In this document: piece by piece, positions 13,554 through 28,500 of the stretch | Numbering within the stretch: position 1 is the first letter of the stretch | Layout: each line of letters begins with the position of its first letter | Assembly: GCA_965153455.1 (NCBI GenBank) | Contig: OZ234494.1 | Span: forward strand, 372,001-436,000 | Origin: Sphagnum compactum | Lineage: Eukaryota | Direction: 5' to 3' | DNA length: 64,000 nucleotides | Program-made: the position numbers and the translations under genes | Notes under the pieces: model-generated | The model's input: only the letters and a program-made list of their open reading frames with translations | What the model was told of the DNA's origin: nothing | Database searches by the model: none

Positions 13554-16500
13554 CTATAAATTCTCTTTGTCAGATGATTGAAGAGTTTTGAAGTCAGAGA
13601 CTGGTGGATGCATTGGAAACTTCGAGGGTACTGAGCCATTGGGTGGTTGAGGCTTCTTCTCCCAGCCAGCCTCCAGTGGAGCTAGTACCTTGTTCTGGCT
13701 CAAGGGATTTAGAGGAGCACACCTTCTGTGTGTAAAGCCTGATGTGTTCTGATTGTTCATGCTGAAGGAACTTGGTTCAGTTGCTGCAATTCCACTGTGT
13801 GGCTTCATCCATACCTGAATTGAAACTTTTCTTTCCATCAATTTGATCCCCAGAGGTCATTTCCTTGTTATTAAAGCAGCAACCAGCCCACCTAGCCTGA
13901 ATAGAAGGGCCTATGACTACTGCAAACAAACAGACTGTGGCCTATGCTGCTGACAAACAGATTTCTGTGGGCATCAAGAGACAATTGATTCACAGGTCAT
14001 TCTTGTTCAGCAGTTGAAAACATGCAACAAAGTTGATATTGGGGAGCATCTCAGATGAGGCATACCGGGCGTGCTGAGGCATCCTGACAGGAATTGAGAC
14101 TTGCCAATGGTGATTGAGGATCTTCGAAAGCATTGGACTGGTAGATGCTGCCTCCCCGATTTCTTGACATACGCAACTTCTTGAACAGTCTGTCACTCTA
14201 CAGTCAACAGGCTATACTTGATGAGATTGAATGATCATCAAAATGCTGATATTGGATGCTCTTAATTACACCAGAAAATGCCACCATGACTGACTCCTAG
14301 ATGCGAAACTAAGATTTCCTCTCCAGGCTATGACTTAGAAACTTTTAGACAGGGTCTATCCATGAATGTCAATGTGTGCAGCAAGACTTTAGCAGCACCA
14401 TCATAAATTGCAATGTTCTGGGCTGAAAACGCAGATTCATGCCTTGGCTGTTTCATTAATTAGCCAAATATCATGCACAGATTGAAAATCACACTAAGTG
14501 CTGTTTGAAGGGCCTGTAAAACTTCTTCTGTTACAATCCAAAATTGCCAGATGAGAAAATTAGGTCACAAATGAATAGAACATACCTGCATCTTAAGTTC
14601 CTGGACAGATTTTCCTGCAGAAAGTCCACCTGCTATTTGGCTTTCCTTTTTGCGCCTGGCTGGTAATGTTGGCGCCACAGTTGCTCCAGGTTTCTCTTCA
14701 CTTTTGACCTCCACCAATTCAGAAGTAAAACCCAACTTGACGTTTGCATTCGGTCCCTCTGGCTTATCTAAACCAGCCTGCAATAGAAATACTTGTTCCT
14801 CAGTGTCCAACACTAAACACTATGAAATGGGGATGTTTGAGAAAAGATCAATGGCTCTTCTGATTCCTTAAATGCATGTGGTGATAATGCACAGAGGTAC
14901 TGCTACTGCCTTAATCTGAGTCTACACAGACAAAACCTGAAGCTTATCTGAACTGAAGCATTTACACAGTCCAAACAGCCAACCAATACAAGCCTGCTAT
15001 ATCAAACCAGGATATGCACCAGCAAGGTCACAATGAGTACCTTAAGATTAGTTACAGCTGCTTCTTTTTCCTTGGGGACTTCTTGAATCTTTCTGGACTC
15101 TTCCTGATGTGCCTGTAATAAACAAAAATTTTAATGGTCAATGATTGAACTCATGATCTCAAACATTGACCAAAGCCAAAATACTCAGAACTTTTAATAT
15201 CTACATCTTCAATCTTATTGATGCATGACATGTTCTCAGGGAGGTTTGGACTGTTGCATCATAAATCATTAATGATGTATAGCAGAAACAATGTAGAAGC
15301 ATCTCTCAAGTGCCTGCATTAAAGAAAATTTGGCTCTGAGAACAGCCAAACCTTTTGCTTTTCTGCTGCTTTCCTCCCTTGCACCTGCAAGGCATCTTTC
15401 TGTGAGATGACCTCAACCAACTGCTTTTGCCTCACCGGATCACCCTCTTGTCTTGTCTCTTTCTTCTTTGCCATACAAAGCTCACGCTCACAGTTTTGAC
15501 ATCGCCTTCTGCATACATGGGAGAGAGATTATGACACCATTTAGAGATGTGTAGGGCTGACTATAAAAAATTTGGGAGCATCAGCATTTTCCACACAGGT
15601 CCAGAGAGGTTTACCTTAGATTCTCAAGTTGCACATGGAGCTCTTTGACTTCTAACCTAGCCTCTGCAAGACTGGATTCTGCATTCTGTTGCCTTTCTTT
15701 GTGCTCTAACATGTCCACCTCTGCATCTTCCCAACGGCCTTTGAATACCTCCATCCGGTCACATACGGCATCAAGTCCTACTTCAAGTTTTAAGTTTTGA
15801 GTGAAGTAGTCATCATTTTCCTGCACTCAAAGTGGAGTATAATTATGATATTGAGGGGCTACTCATCCGCAATAAAACTGTGTAAAGGGTTTAATATCTC
15901 CTAAATGTTTTATAAAACCCTTCCAATTTCACCTGTCAATTTAACTATTATCCCAGACCTTTTCAAGATGAGCTCCTTTGTCTTGTGCTAGGTTGAGCTC
16001 CTTCATGCTGTGCTCCAGCTGGCTATTGACCTCCTCAATTCTGAGAGCACATTTAAACATCCTGAGAATAAGTAATCAGAAAATGGTGAAATGCAAAAGT
16101 GGGCAATAAAAGCAGTTGATATTGTCAACCTGAAACCTCTTCTGAGAAAACTGAATGATGTGTAAAGTGGATACTGTCTCTAACCGTGAATTCAACTCTG
16201 CGATCTGCAATCTCAAATCCTTCTTCTCTGAGCTAACTTTGTCTAGTTGTGCTTGAAGCTCATCAACTTCGAAATTAAGTATCTTGATCTTCATTCCAGC
16301 ATTATCAAGCTCTGACAAAAGTGATTCCTCGACATCCATGGCATTGCTCAGCTGCATCTGAAGCTTTTCCACCTGTGAAGGAACTGAAAGGTGAGAACTC
16401 ACCAGTTGGAGCATCTGTCTTATGTCTGTCTCCATGCATTGTAAAATCCACAACAGTGAAGATACAGCAATTAGAGTTCAAAAGTACAAACGCGAAATGG

Positions 16501-19500
16501 CACAATCAAACAGGATTTTTGACAAAGTCAAATGTTTCCCACTCAGAGAATGTCAGTTGGAAGTTCATCTATACAATTTAAGTACAATGTCACTGGTGAA
16601 GTTCGACAGCATACCTGCTTTTCAGCCAGTGAGGCTGCCTCCTCTTTATTTGTACAGTCAGCCTCCAGTTTAAGAACATACTCCTCAAGTTCTTGTTGCT
16701 TCCCCTCCTTCATGGGAAATAAAAAGTCAGGCTACAAGTGTCCCACAAAGCACCAAAGCAAGAATATCAATAAACTAAAACAACCACAGCAGACAAATAA
16801 TCAGGACATGGATGTCAGGTCTGATTGATAATCAAAAAATTGGAACCTACCAGCACAAGAATGTGTTCAGCATGTGGAGTTTGAGCAATGTCAGCCCTAC
16901 TTTGCTCCAGCATCTCATTCAGCTGTTGTATCTCCTCAGACAGCTTCATCCTGGCATCATGTTCTTCTTTCATTGTGGACTTTGCAAGAACAAGCTGCTC
17001 TTCCAGCTTTTTGCAATTTATCTCCCAACTCTCACGTTTCTCTTTCTCAATAGCAATCACTTCCTCCAGCTTCCTATGGTACTCTTGATCAGACTCCTCA
17101 GACAGCTTCATCCTGGCATCATGTTCTTCTTTCATTGTGGACTTTGCAAGAACAATCTGCTCTTCCAGCTTCTTGCAATTTACCTCCCAATTCTCACATT
17201 TTTCTTTCTCAACAGCAAGCACTTCCTCCACCTTCCTGTGGTACTCTTGCTCATCATCAAGAGCTGTTTGCAACTCCTTCACCTGCACCACACACTGCTT
17301 TAGGTCTTGGACATCTGAACATGCAACACTCTGCACAACTGAAAATTGAAACCTAAACACCACATAAACATTTGGGAAAACTCAAGGCGCCCACCTGTTG
17401 CTCAAGCAAAAGTGAATTCTCAGCTGTGTCATGCAGGGCTTTCTCCAGCTGACACACTTGTTCTTGGAAATAATCTTTTGTTGTGACAGCAGCTTCTTCT
17501 ACTTCCTTGAGCTGTTTGAGAGCATACTTGTTAGCGAAGTAATTCATAAACACCTTGACATTCTTTGCATGCAATTAACACCAAGCCCCCAATAAACAAC
17601 TGGTTTGTTGTGCAATTTACTTCATTTGCACTTGTTAGTTGCAGAGAAGATCACACCTGTTTCTCATTATTGAAAGACTTTATGGCAGTATCCTCAAGTG
17701 CTTGCTCCAGTTTCATCACCTGTTCTAGTACACAGTTTTTCGCAGCAACTTCATCTTCATAAGATTGTTGGAGCTGATACAAATCAAAGAATGTGTCAAA
17801 ATCTCATGGAAAATGCTGTCAGCTGAAGAGCATGGTAAACACAGATTCCCAATACAGAACAGATCTGGGTAATCAACCTGTTCAAGCTGGTTGTGAAGTT
17901 TTGTTATCTCCTGGCCAAGTCTTTGGCGCTCTCCATCATGATTGTCTTCCAGTGATGCCCATCGTGCTTTCTCCTCATCAAACTCAAAGTATGCATCCGT
18001 AAGTTCCTGAACACAGATACCCACCATTTGAATTCCAGGAATGAGATCTTCAAGGATAAATTTTAATTTCTCAGTACTGAAAACTTACATGTGGAGAAAT
18101 ACTAATCTTAAAATGAAGTGCTGAAAACTTCTTATTTCCAATTTAAGTCAACCTAAATAAAGTTGAGATATGACATGATACTAAGGTTATAGAGATGCCA
18201 AATCTGAAACATAACAAGTTTCAGGAATGATGTGCTTATCTTTGTGCATTCCATTCTAAGTACAGGTACTGTGACAGCTAATCAGCCTTGGAAATTGCAG
18301 TCACAAGTATGAACACAAGTTCGATAGGTGGATTCAGAATGATAAGAAATTCCTTTGGCGATCTAACAAAAAGAAAGACTTGCTGAAGCTTGCAGGGCCA
18401 AAGAAGCTAGTCCATCAAACACCCAGTACTATCAAGGGAACAACTAGAACCATCCAAAGTAATTCTCTACCTAAATACTGTTTTGAACCCTTGAAATTAG
18501 AATTATCTGTTTGTATTCACCTTAATCAAGGTGTCATTCTTCAATGAGAGCTCCTTTGTCAGGTTTTCAGCATCTTTTAATGCTGTTTCACAAACCTGCA
18601 ACTTCTGCACCTGAATCAACAAGAAAAGTGTTATCAAGAGCACATGTGACATGATGCCTATTCTCCACAAAAATGAATTATGAATTGAGCTGGTTGCTTG
18701 ACCTGCAAAATCACTTTCCCCCAAAAAACTTGATTAGGACTTCATTCTTGTAAAATTCCAAACAATATGTGGGTGGTCAATCACTGACACTAATAACAAT
18801 AAAGATGTGATCTCAGCCTCTGAAGAAATCAGTACCAGTGACAAATGTACAGCTTGCAGAGCATCTAAATCACCAACAGTGACCCTCTGCTGTTCCAAAG
18901 CCACTTTTAATTCTTCAGCAACCTTCTCCATGTTGTGAACTGCAGTTTTTTTTTCTTGACCCAGGATAGTAATTGATTTCTCTGACTCCGCTAGTTTCTC
19001 CTTGAGAGTAATGGAGCCACATTCCATTTCAGACATTGCAAACTCAAGTTTTGCATATGAGTCCTGCCAGATAAAGCACACTCCCCACTAAGATAAAATG
19101 GGAAAGCTAACGAAAGAGAACTGAGACATTAAATACATAGGGCACTCATGGCATGGACAATCAGTTCACATCAAGCAACAATAGTACAACCAGGTTAGAA
19201 TCTAGTGGACAAAACAATGGCTACTCATGTTGACCCCCAGATAAACACATAGAGATAAAAACACATACCTGCAGAAGTTGCAGGTCAAAAGAAGATTTCT
19301 CAAGTTCAACAGTTTTCATCTGCAAGGCATGTTCTGCAGATGACAACTGAGCCTTGGTTTTGGTCAAGCCAGTTGCAACGGACTCCCTCCGTTTATCAAC
19401 AATAGACTCACGCTTGTTGAGCAAAACTGTGCTCTGTCGCAGCTGCTTCATCTCACGATCTATGTTCACTTTCTCAGCCTGTAATCCCGAAAACCAGCAA

Positions 19501-22500
19501 CATATATCAGCATAGAAGCATCAGGATAGAGGAAACACATATGAGCGTACCTGACGCAAAGAATCTGGAGACCTGAAGACATGACTGTGTTCTGAGCTGA
19601 AAGCCACATGAAATTTACTCATGACAAATTATACCTCAAGTTTGCTTTTCTCAACCAGGGTTGACTTAAGCTTTGCCTCAATGTCTTTCATCTTGATTTT
19701 TAGCTTCTCAAGCTCCTTTGCCAGCCCATCACGTTCTTTCTCCAAAGTAGCTGGGGCTGACTTGGCAGCATTCAACTCCTTGCGGAGGGCCAAGATATCT
19801 GACCTCAATTGAGCTGCCTCTGTGAAATGCAACTGTTGCTGCACCTGGAAACAGATGTCAAAACAAACTCATAATTTCTTAGCACAAGCTGATGGTGTGT
19901 AGGAAAGTCATAGTTTGGACAGGTGGCAAATGCTTCTCCAGAATAAATAAGTGGACAACCTGTATCAACAAGAAGCAAGCTAGTGAACTATATTGATTTC
20001 TGCAAGACTTACCTTCTGTTTGCTAGTTGCTTCTGTCATAGCTGCTCTTTGTGCCAGTAGCTGAGCTTCCCCCTCTGCCAAGGTATTCTCCATTGCACAC
20101 TGCAATTAAAAGTGTCCTTTTTGTGTTACACTCAATTTAGAGACTTCAATTGGGCCTCACTCTTAGACAATGTCAGGCAAAATCTGAGAGTGCACCAGTA
20201 AAAGTGTAGACATCACACTGCATCCCTACGAATGGATAAACTGTTACATTAGACTAGCAAGATCATGCCAGACCCACCAACCTTTTCAACTTCCAGCTTC
20301 GCAAGCTTCTCTTCTAGTAATTTTCTCTCTTTAGAATTCTCCAACAGAATAGAATGGACACCTCTCAACTGTTCTTCCCGATCATCAATCTCTGAGTTTG
20401 CATGAGTAAGTTTACTTTCTAACTCATGCAGCTCCAATTGCTGTCTCTCAAATTCAAACTTGAGAGCCTCAAACTTAAAGTTTTCATTTTTGAGCTTGGA
20501 TATCATATCTGTCTGCTGGCTTTCTTGATGCTCCATCTTTTCAGTCAGCACATTAATGTCTTGTTGTAAAACTTCAGATGAACTTATCAATTCATCTCTC
20601 TCGCCCTCCACTTCCCTTAGAGTGGACTGCTGCAGCTCCTGCTTGTTCAAAAGGACAAGTTTCTCTTCAGAAATTTTGGAAACAGATTCCTCCAGTTCAT
20701 GAACCCTGACTGCCAACTCTTGCTTTGTAGCAGCAAATTGTCTTTCCAGGTTCAGCATGTCCCCAGTTAGCACCTCAAGTGTTGCATTTTTCTGAGATAG
20801 AAGTGTGTCCATTTCTGCAATTTGAGCCCTAGAACTACTACACTCAGAGCTTGCCAGGTCCAGCTTCTTCTGAAGCACTTGAAGCTCACAAGTTCTGCTC
20901 TCCAAATCCGCATTTGCAGCAGCTGCTTGCACTTTGAAATTCGCAATCTGATGTTCAAAAAATTGCTGTTTTTCCTCTCTCTCAGACAACATCACTTGCA
21001 ATTCCTTCATGACCACTGCAGCTTGAGCAGCTGCAGATTTTGCCAACCCCAACGCACTAACTGCTTCCTCATTCTCCTGCCTCTGCCTCTCCAACTCTTC
21101 ATCAAGAGCTTTCAACTCTTCTTGAGCCTCATCATTTTTTCCCTTGAATGTGACTCTTTCTTTCTCTGCAAAAGCTAGTGCTGCTTCCATTGTGTCCTTG
21201 TCTTTCAGAAGACCAAGCTTTTCCTGCTGTAGTGCCTCCAATTCTGCTTTTGCACCAATATTTTCTGCACTTATAGCTTTGAGCTCCTGAGAAAGTGAAA
21301 GCATGATTAAGGATGATAACTACATCTTTTTTGGACAGGCATGTTAAAGACCACTTGAAAGTTGAAGAGCGCTCCGTAAGTTGGCTCTAGACATAATGCA
21401 GTGAAAAGGAAAAACTCTAGCAGGAAAACACTTTGACATGCACATAGAGAGCTGTTCAATTTCATCATGTACAGTTCTTCGTTGGCACATAGTTAAAGAA
21501 AAGCTGCACAAAATCCAGCATGTCACGAGGGTCCCCTTCATTTTGTAGATACAATGGGAAGGTGCTGGTCTGTAAGGAATACTAACCTGTGTCAGCTTCT
21601 CTATCTCTCTGACAGCTTCAATGGCCAATGCTTCAGCATTTTGTAGAGAGGCTTCACTTTTATCAAGTTTCTCAACCTGTTGTCCATAACTAAGTTTCAG
21701 TTAGGTGTAGGGAAACAGCATGAATTGGAGAAGTAGAACATAAAGATACCTCCTCTGCCTGACATGTGGGACAATGAAGTTTCAACCAGACTCTCTGTCC
21801 ATTTTGTGGATTTTCATGCAAAATTTTGGAATTCGTGCATCCAAGGACCAATTCAAGAATTTATCAGCCACCATCATGGGAGTGCCTATACTTCATTGAA
21901 GCTTGTTCACATACCAGTAGGGCATGTTCATGTTCAAGAACTTCAAGTTTAAGTCTGAAAGATGCTGACTCCTCAGCTGCCCTCTTTGCAGTCTCAGTTG
22001 CTATTTCCTTTTCTTGGTTTAAAACAGCTGACAGATGTGCAGACTCAGCAAGTTTCTCTTCCATGGACTCCGTAACAGCTGGTGCCTCACTCATTAAATG
22101 CTTATGCATGGTATTGGAGTCCTATCATGAACACAAAACACATCAAATATCTTTTGGCATGTTCCCTTGAACAAAATAACAGACACATTCATGTGATTCA
22201 ACATGACATAGTCAAAGAAGAAAGAGTTGGCATCACACCTTAAGAAATTGTAAGCCTGCATCCTTCTTTAATTCCATAGGCTTCATCTCAAGTGAGTATT
22301 CAGTGGCAAAGAGCTGTAGTTTTGTGTTACCCAAGTCTCCATTGATAGCATCACGACCTTCTTCAGCTGCAAGGCATCTTTCCATTGCATCCTGACACAA
22401 AAATTTGCATATGAAGAAAAGATAAAGGTTACTTTGATCATGGAAAATTTGATGCATTCATCAAATAATATAAATTACTACATCTGTAGAAGGAGGAATT

Positions 22501-25500
22501 TCAGGCAGGTGTAAGACCTTTTGTGCTTCCAGTTCTGCAAGCAAGAGCCTGAGCAAATTCTGTTCTTCAACTTGCGCAGTCAATTGGATTTGCACATCTG
22601 ACAGCTCTTTGCACACTTTTTCCTGCTCAGAAAGTGCGAATTCTAGCCTTCTCTCAGCTTCCACAAGCTCCTGGCTTTGGCTGTCAAGTTCTCGACAAAG
22701 GTGTCCAATCTCTGCCTCTGCTTGCTCATTTTTTTTCATCAAGGCCTCTCTCTCTCCCTCAACAACTTGAAGACAGCTTAACAAATCTTCCTCCTTTTGT
22801 TTGAAAAGAAGCTTCTCTTCAGCATGCACACACTGGGTCATGTCCCATTCAGATGCCCTTGCTTGCAAAGCAGTTCTACTTGACTCATTTTCAGCTTGAA
22901 CAGCTTGCAACTTTTGCTCAAGCATCTGGTTTTCTGCCTTCTTTTGAGCCAAGAAAGAATCCATGGCTCTCAGTTGCTCAACCACTCCAACATTGTCAGA
23001 CAGTGCCAACTCCAGTTTTTTCTGAGATTCTTTGAGTTCTTGCCTGTGCATTCCTTGAAGGCGATCCATGTCAGCTTGGATCTGCTTAGTTGTCTCTATG
23101 AGTGCATCCCTCTCCCCCTCAAGCACCTGGATCCATGCCTGCATTGTCTCACCCTTCTGAACAAGGCATGTCTTCTCAGTTGCAACTTCTTGCTGGGCTT
23201 GTTCCAACTCCAACAGATAAGGTGCAAAAAATTGTCTGATCTCCCCTAATGATGCAAAATCTGTTGTTGACATGATGGCCTCCACTTCACATTTTAGTTC
23301 ATCAATGGAGGACACCAACTCCCTTTGCACCTCCACTCCTTTTTCATTTTCCTTTTCCAGGCTTTCAATCTTCTGCAAGGCCAAGTTGAGCTCATATTGT
23401 GCAGCTGCAGCTTCTTTCATTGATTCATGCAGCTCTTTCTTCACCTGGTCACAAGCAGAACCAGCTTATGGTCAAGATCTTTAAAGCTTTCTAAGGTGCA
23501 GCCATGAACTGTCTGAGAGGGTACCGTAGGAAGACCCTACCTTATCCAGAGAATCTTCTGCAGCAGTTGCCTGGACCTTAACCTGCTCTGTCAGACTGCC
23601 TAGCTCCTGCTGCATGGAAATTTTCTCCAGTTCCAGGTTTTGAAGCTGCAGGAATGCTGGCGCAGGGATTACACCTCACAAGGAACCAAGTCCTCAGTCT
23701 TGACATCAATCAGTTGCAGTTATGCTACTCATCATCAATCTTTAGTAGACAAGACTTACAAACTCTTAAGGAATTGCCATCTACCTCTTCAAGATACTCT
23801 AGTGCAGTTGTTGCCTGACACTTTGCCTGCTGATTGAGACCACCCAGATGCTGCTGCATGTAACTTTTCTCCATCTCAAGATTCTGAACCCGGTCACATG
23901 CAATCCAAGGACTTTTGAGAAGAATGATCTTGTTGATCATTGGACAGTAAAGAGAAGTGACCAAGAGCTCTGCCTTGCTGAGCTTGTTGTAGACCAACAA
24001 ACTGTTCTTGCCAAACACCTCACACTACATAAGCCCTGTGGAAACAATAAAAAGGACTAAACAAAGTATTTGAGAAGGTTATTCAAGTGAAACCTCCTGA
24101 CCATGCATTTATCACCTTGCTGCCAAAACATAACCAGGAACAAACCTGTGCTCTGAGCTGTTTGAACCCAGAATCAACATCACAACCATCCAAGCTTCCA
24201 ACTCTTCTCTCCACCTCAGGAACTTGCTGGTATTTATCATCCAGCTTTCGGGCCTTGCTTGCAGCCATTTGGGCATGTGCCAATTCCTTCTTCAACTCCT
24301 CAATTTGAATCATCTTCTCCCACATCTGCCAAAGGGATATGAATTCCCAGCAGTTACACCAGTCGACAGCTGAATATCAGGCAACTGAGCAGTAGACAAG
24401 AACAGCTCAAGCATTGGAACAAAATACAGCACCAATAGAAGAACAGCAACCTGACATGGCATAGAAAGTGTGCTCCTAAGGAGCTATTGCACTCACCTTA
24501 ATTTCATTGTCACACTGGAGGTCATCATATTGTGCTTGTAGATTACTGATCTCCTGCTTAAGCTGCAAAATTGGCACCTGATCATCACATTGAACTATAC
24601 AAGGACTATGATTCAGAATGAAAGTGTTTCAACTGAATAGTAAGGGCTTGAGAACAGTTCTTTCAATCACATGAGAAATGCCTCAGCAACCCAACATATG
24701 AATGCAAATAGCTCAGATTAGGCTGCTTTTGCAACACAGAGAAGGATTTGCAACGCACTTCCATGGTGGCGTCTTTGTCTGCTGCAGACCTTCTTCTCCG
24801 TTCACCTACATGGAGTGTAGCACTCAAGAAAATATCATCAGAGTCATGACTTCCTTTTAGAGTTTCAACACCCCCATTGTCCTCCTCCTCTTTCCAAGAT
24901 GAGAACATGGTGTCTTCTTCCTCACAAAGCTTCTCAAATGGAGGTGGCAAACACTGCAACCTCTCCCTCCTCATTGGAAGGACTGACACACCAAAAGGTG
25001 CCCAAGGAACCTCCTTTGAGAATGGCCTCTTCATCTCCTGGTGCTGCAAAAGATAAAATAAAAAGGATTAGCATTTGCATGTGCACCAAAAGTATCTCAA
25101 TGAGGCAGCTGCAATTCTTGTGATGTAACAGGCTCACCTCAACATCATCTGGAGCCTCTGCAGGAATTCGCGGGCACCATGTTTCACGGCGATTGTTCTG
25201 GAAAACACCAGAAAGATGGAACTGCTATGAGTGAATCTGCATGCAGAGAAGGGCATGATACCAGTTCTGTGCTATTATAGCTGATATATCCATAGAAATG
25301 CTAGTGCAATAGGTTCCATGTTATTGGCACAAGTGGTGAACCTTTTTGCTGCGCTTATCAAAGTCTCGATCATCCACAGCAGAGTTAATAACCATGGTGC
25401 TAAGGTTTTCAATTTTCTGTTGCTGCTCCTTCAACCGCCGCTCACGCTCTGCCTGTGCCTTCTTCTCTTCTTGCAGCTCCAAAGCCATTCTCTCCCTATC

Positions 25501-28500
25501 AAGTTCAGTCTGAGAGCCAGGGCCAATAATGTGACAATCAATATAATGTTCCCTTGTCATACCAAGTCACTACAATATTTCCAGCAAATGAATCATCTAC
25601 CCTCAAAACACCCCACACGCGGGTCAAAAACTCAGAGCTGATTGGAAGTCTATGACATCCTTACCTTCAGCAAAGCATTTCGGAGGTTAAGAACCTCCTC
25701 CTCCCAGTGCTCTGAGTGTGATTCCTGTGATCAGAAGAAACACAAAAAAGAGAATTCCCAGATCAGGTGTCATGTCAATGAGGTTGCAGTGAAAAGTCCT
25801 CAGTGACACTTTGAAGGTACCCAGTCTGTCAGTTCCAGTAAAACCAAGACTAACAAGACAAGAATGCAGATGGTCATGACCTTTTATGACTGTCACTCAT
25901 AATGATTTTGGGCAGGCCATTATACAAACTTCTGTGTCCTGATTTTCTGTCACATTTCCGGAAGCAAAAGGAAGACTCACTTATGATGTCAACTAGTTCT
26001 CAAGAAACATAGATGTCAAGAAATCAAAAGTATTGTCCTTCAAGCTGCAACAAGCTTGTGGTGTAAGCTTTGTCTCATTCCCAGATCAGATGTCAGAGCA
26101 ATCCAGAACCTCACCTGTAACTTGGCCCGAAGCTCTTCAATTTCCTTCTTTTGGCGTTTTAGCAGGGCTGCATCTGTCATAATCTGCATAACACAAGCTC
26201 AGTGACACCTCTTTTATTCAAGTTCAATTCACAATGCATCTAATCCCATCAGTTTCCTGTGCCACCATCATGCAAGTAAGCATGCGCCTCACCTCATTCA
26301 CTTGTGCACAGTTGGTGACACGGTTGGCCCTACTTGCAAAATAGAGTGTCCCCTTAGTTTCATCTGCATGTACCTACACACCAAAAAATATTGCTCACAA
26401 AACAATGCTCATATAAGTATTTCAATCCTTGAGAAAATGTTAGCCACATATCTTATGAAGGATGGATGGCTTACCAGTGCAGGTGTGACATTGCAAATAA
26501 TGGCTGTCTTTGCATTGCCACCAAGAGCTGGTTGCAATATTCTTGTCAATTTACTGTCACGGTATGGTACATGGCCACTGTCCAGAGAAAGCAAACAACA
26601 GTCACAACTCTGATAAATCAAGGCTAAATTATAGTGGCTCCACTGTCCTATTGTCCCTTGGTAACTGTTTGAACCACAGACAGGATCCTGTCCATGACTT
26701 ATTAAGATCCCCAGAATCTACAATTTTGTCTCATACTTAAGACTGCCACTCCATTTCATTGAGAACATGCTTGACAGGATGCTAACCCTTGTTTCTGTAT
26801 GCCTTCACTGAGTTTGTTGATCACAGTCCCTAGTGTCATCAAGCTCTTGTTTATATGTGTTCCTTCTTTCAAACGAGCTCCCTCTGCTCCAGTTTTGGCA
26901 ACACGCTCTGAACCCGCCAAATCCACCAGGTTCTGCTTACATACCAACAGGTTGCATGCAAAATTAGGCATACTTGGGGTCTGACAAACCCCATCTTCAA
27001 GAGAATAATTTTATTGCAGTGGACCCATGTACAGAGCAACCTTAAGAAACTATCCAAGCAGCTGCAGCCACATCAACAGAAGGTCTTACCAGAACTGAAA
27101 CCCTCACAGCATCACATGCTTGCACAGTAGTGTTACCATAAGGGTCATCTTGACTCCTGTCCCTGCTCTCAATAACCTGCAGAAGGTGAAGTTTGCAATC
27201 AAAGTTGTTGTCACAACTCACACACCTAACCACATCAATGTAAAACATAGAAATCTTTGACAACACACGATGAGAATGCCCATTAGCATACCATGCGGAA
27301 AATCGTGTGTGACCTGCTGCTGTACACATTCATATTCGTTTCTCCGACATGACGGTGATCTGCACCATCACGAAACATGCATGATGAACATGACTGGTTG
27401 ATCAAGATTCTTCAACTAAGCAAGACAACAGACTACACATTGTGGTAAGAAGAATCAGGTAAGAATAGGTACTCAGGATTTCAACTACATGGGTGAGGAA
27501 TGAACAATGATATGAACCTCAGCAGAAGGGAATATGTTCATACTTTCACCAAACTCCATAAGCTCAAGGACCTGCTCAGGACTGACCACAATCTCCTCTC
27601 GTAAGCCTGCTACAAATATTCCTCGCTGTGGACAACTCGCACATAGTGAAATAAGTACATATCCTCATCAACTGTTCTCCAGTCTAAGTAATTTGATTGA
27701 AATTGCTGCAGAAACCATTAGCATTGAGAGTGCATTCTGGAAATTTGAAAAGTCTGCAATTGTCGTCCTGTGTACCTCAGCACTTTCATGGATCTGCAGC
27801 TTTTGTGCCTCTGGTGCCAACAGATCATTAATCTCCTCATTGTAAATCTCCATGTACGAAACCCGTAGAAGAAACTCACGAGAATTGACCTTCACAATCC
27901 AGAGCATGTTGCCATCAATTAGTTACACTGCAAAGAACAAAACTTGTATGTTGCCACTTCTCAAAATCTGGCAACAATTAAACTTACTGCTTGAATGTTT
28001 TGGAAGACTTCATAGACAGCCAAGGGGATGATGCCAGGCTCCTGAGGTGACCCCCGCATAGTGAAAGTTTTTCCACTACTTGTCTGCCCATAGGCAAATA
28101 CTGTTCCTGAAGGGACAACAAACACCACACGAACTTAGATAAGTAGCCAGGATGGATGTTGCCTTTCTTCCACTGCCCAATCAAGGTAAAACACCTATGC
28201 AAGCCTGCTTAGGTACAAATTGAAAATCTCAGCTTAGAGAGACAACCATTGAAGCCTTGTACAGCTGATCCAATGATGTCCTTAGTTTGTGCCTCATAAA
28301 TCTCCAACGTTGTTGCTTCAGAACCAAACACCCTATCTGCATCCACAACCACAGTCAAATGTGAAAGCATGATCAGAGCCTCCAAAATTCCCTATCTTTG
28401 CCAGTTTCTAGCACGAGTCGTATTGGATGCTGAGAGAGCAATGTATGAAAAATCCAAACTTCGAGCTAAGTCTATTTTTTACTGCAACGAATTTCAACTG

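Noticed and set aside
16321..23484. Numerous plus-strand ORFs (e.g. 16812-17303, 20822-21178, 22896-23249)
   Set aside because: They are antisense shadows of the Glu/Lys/Gln/Leu-rich kinesin exons, with no independent coding signal.
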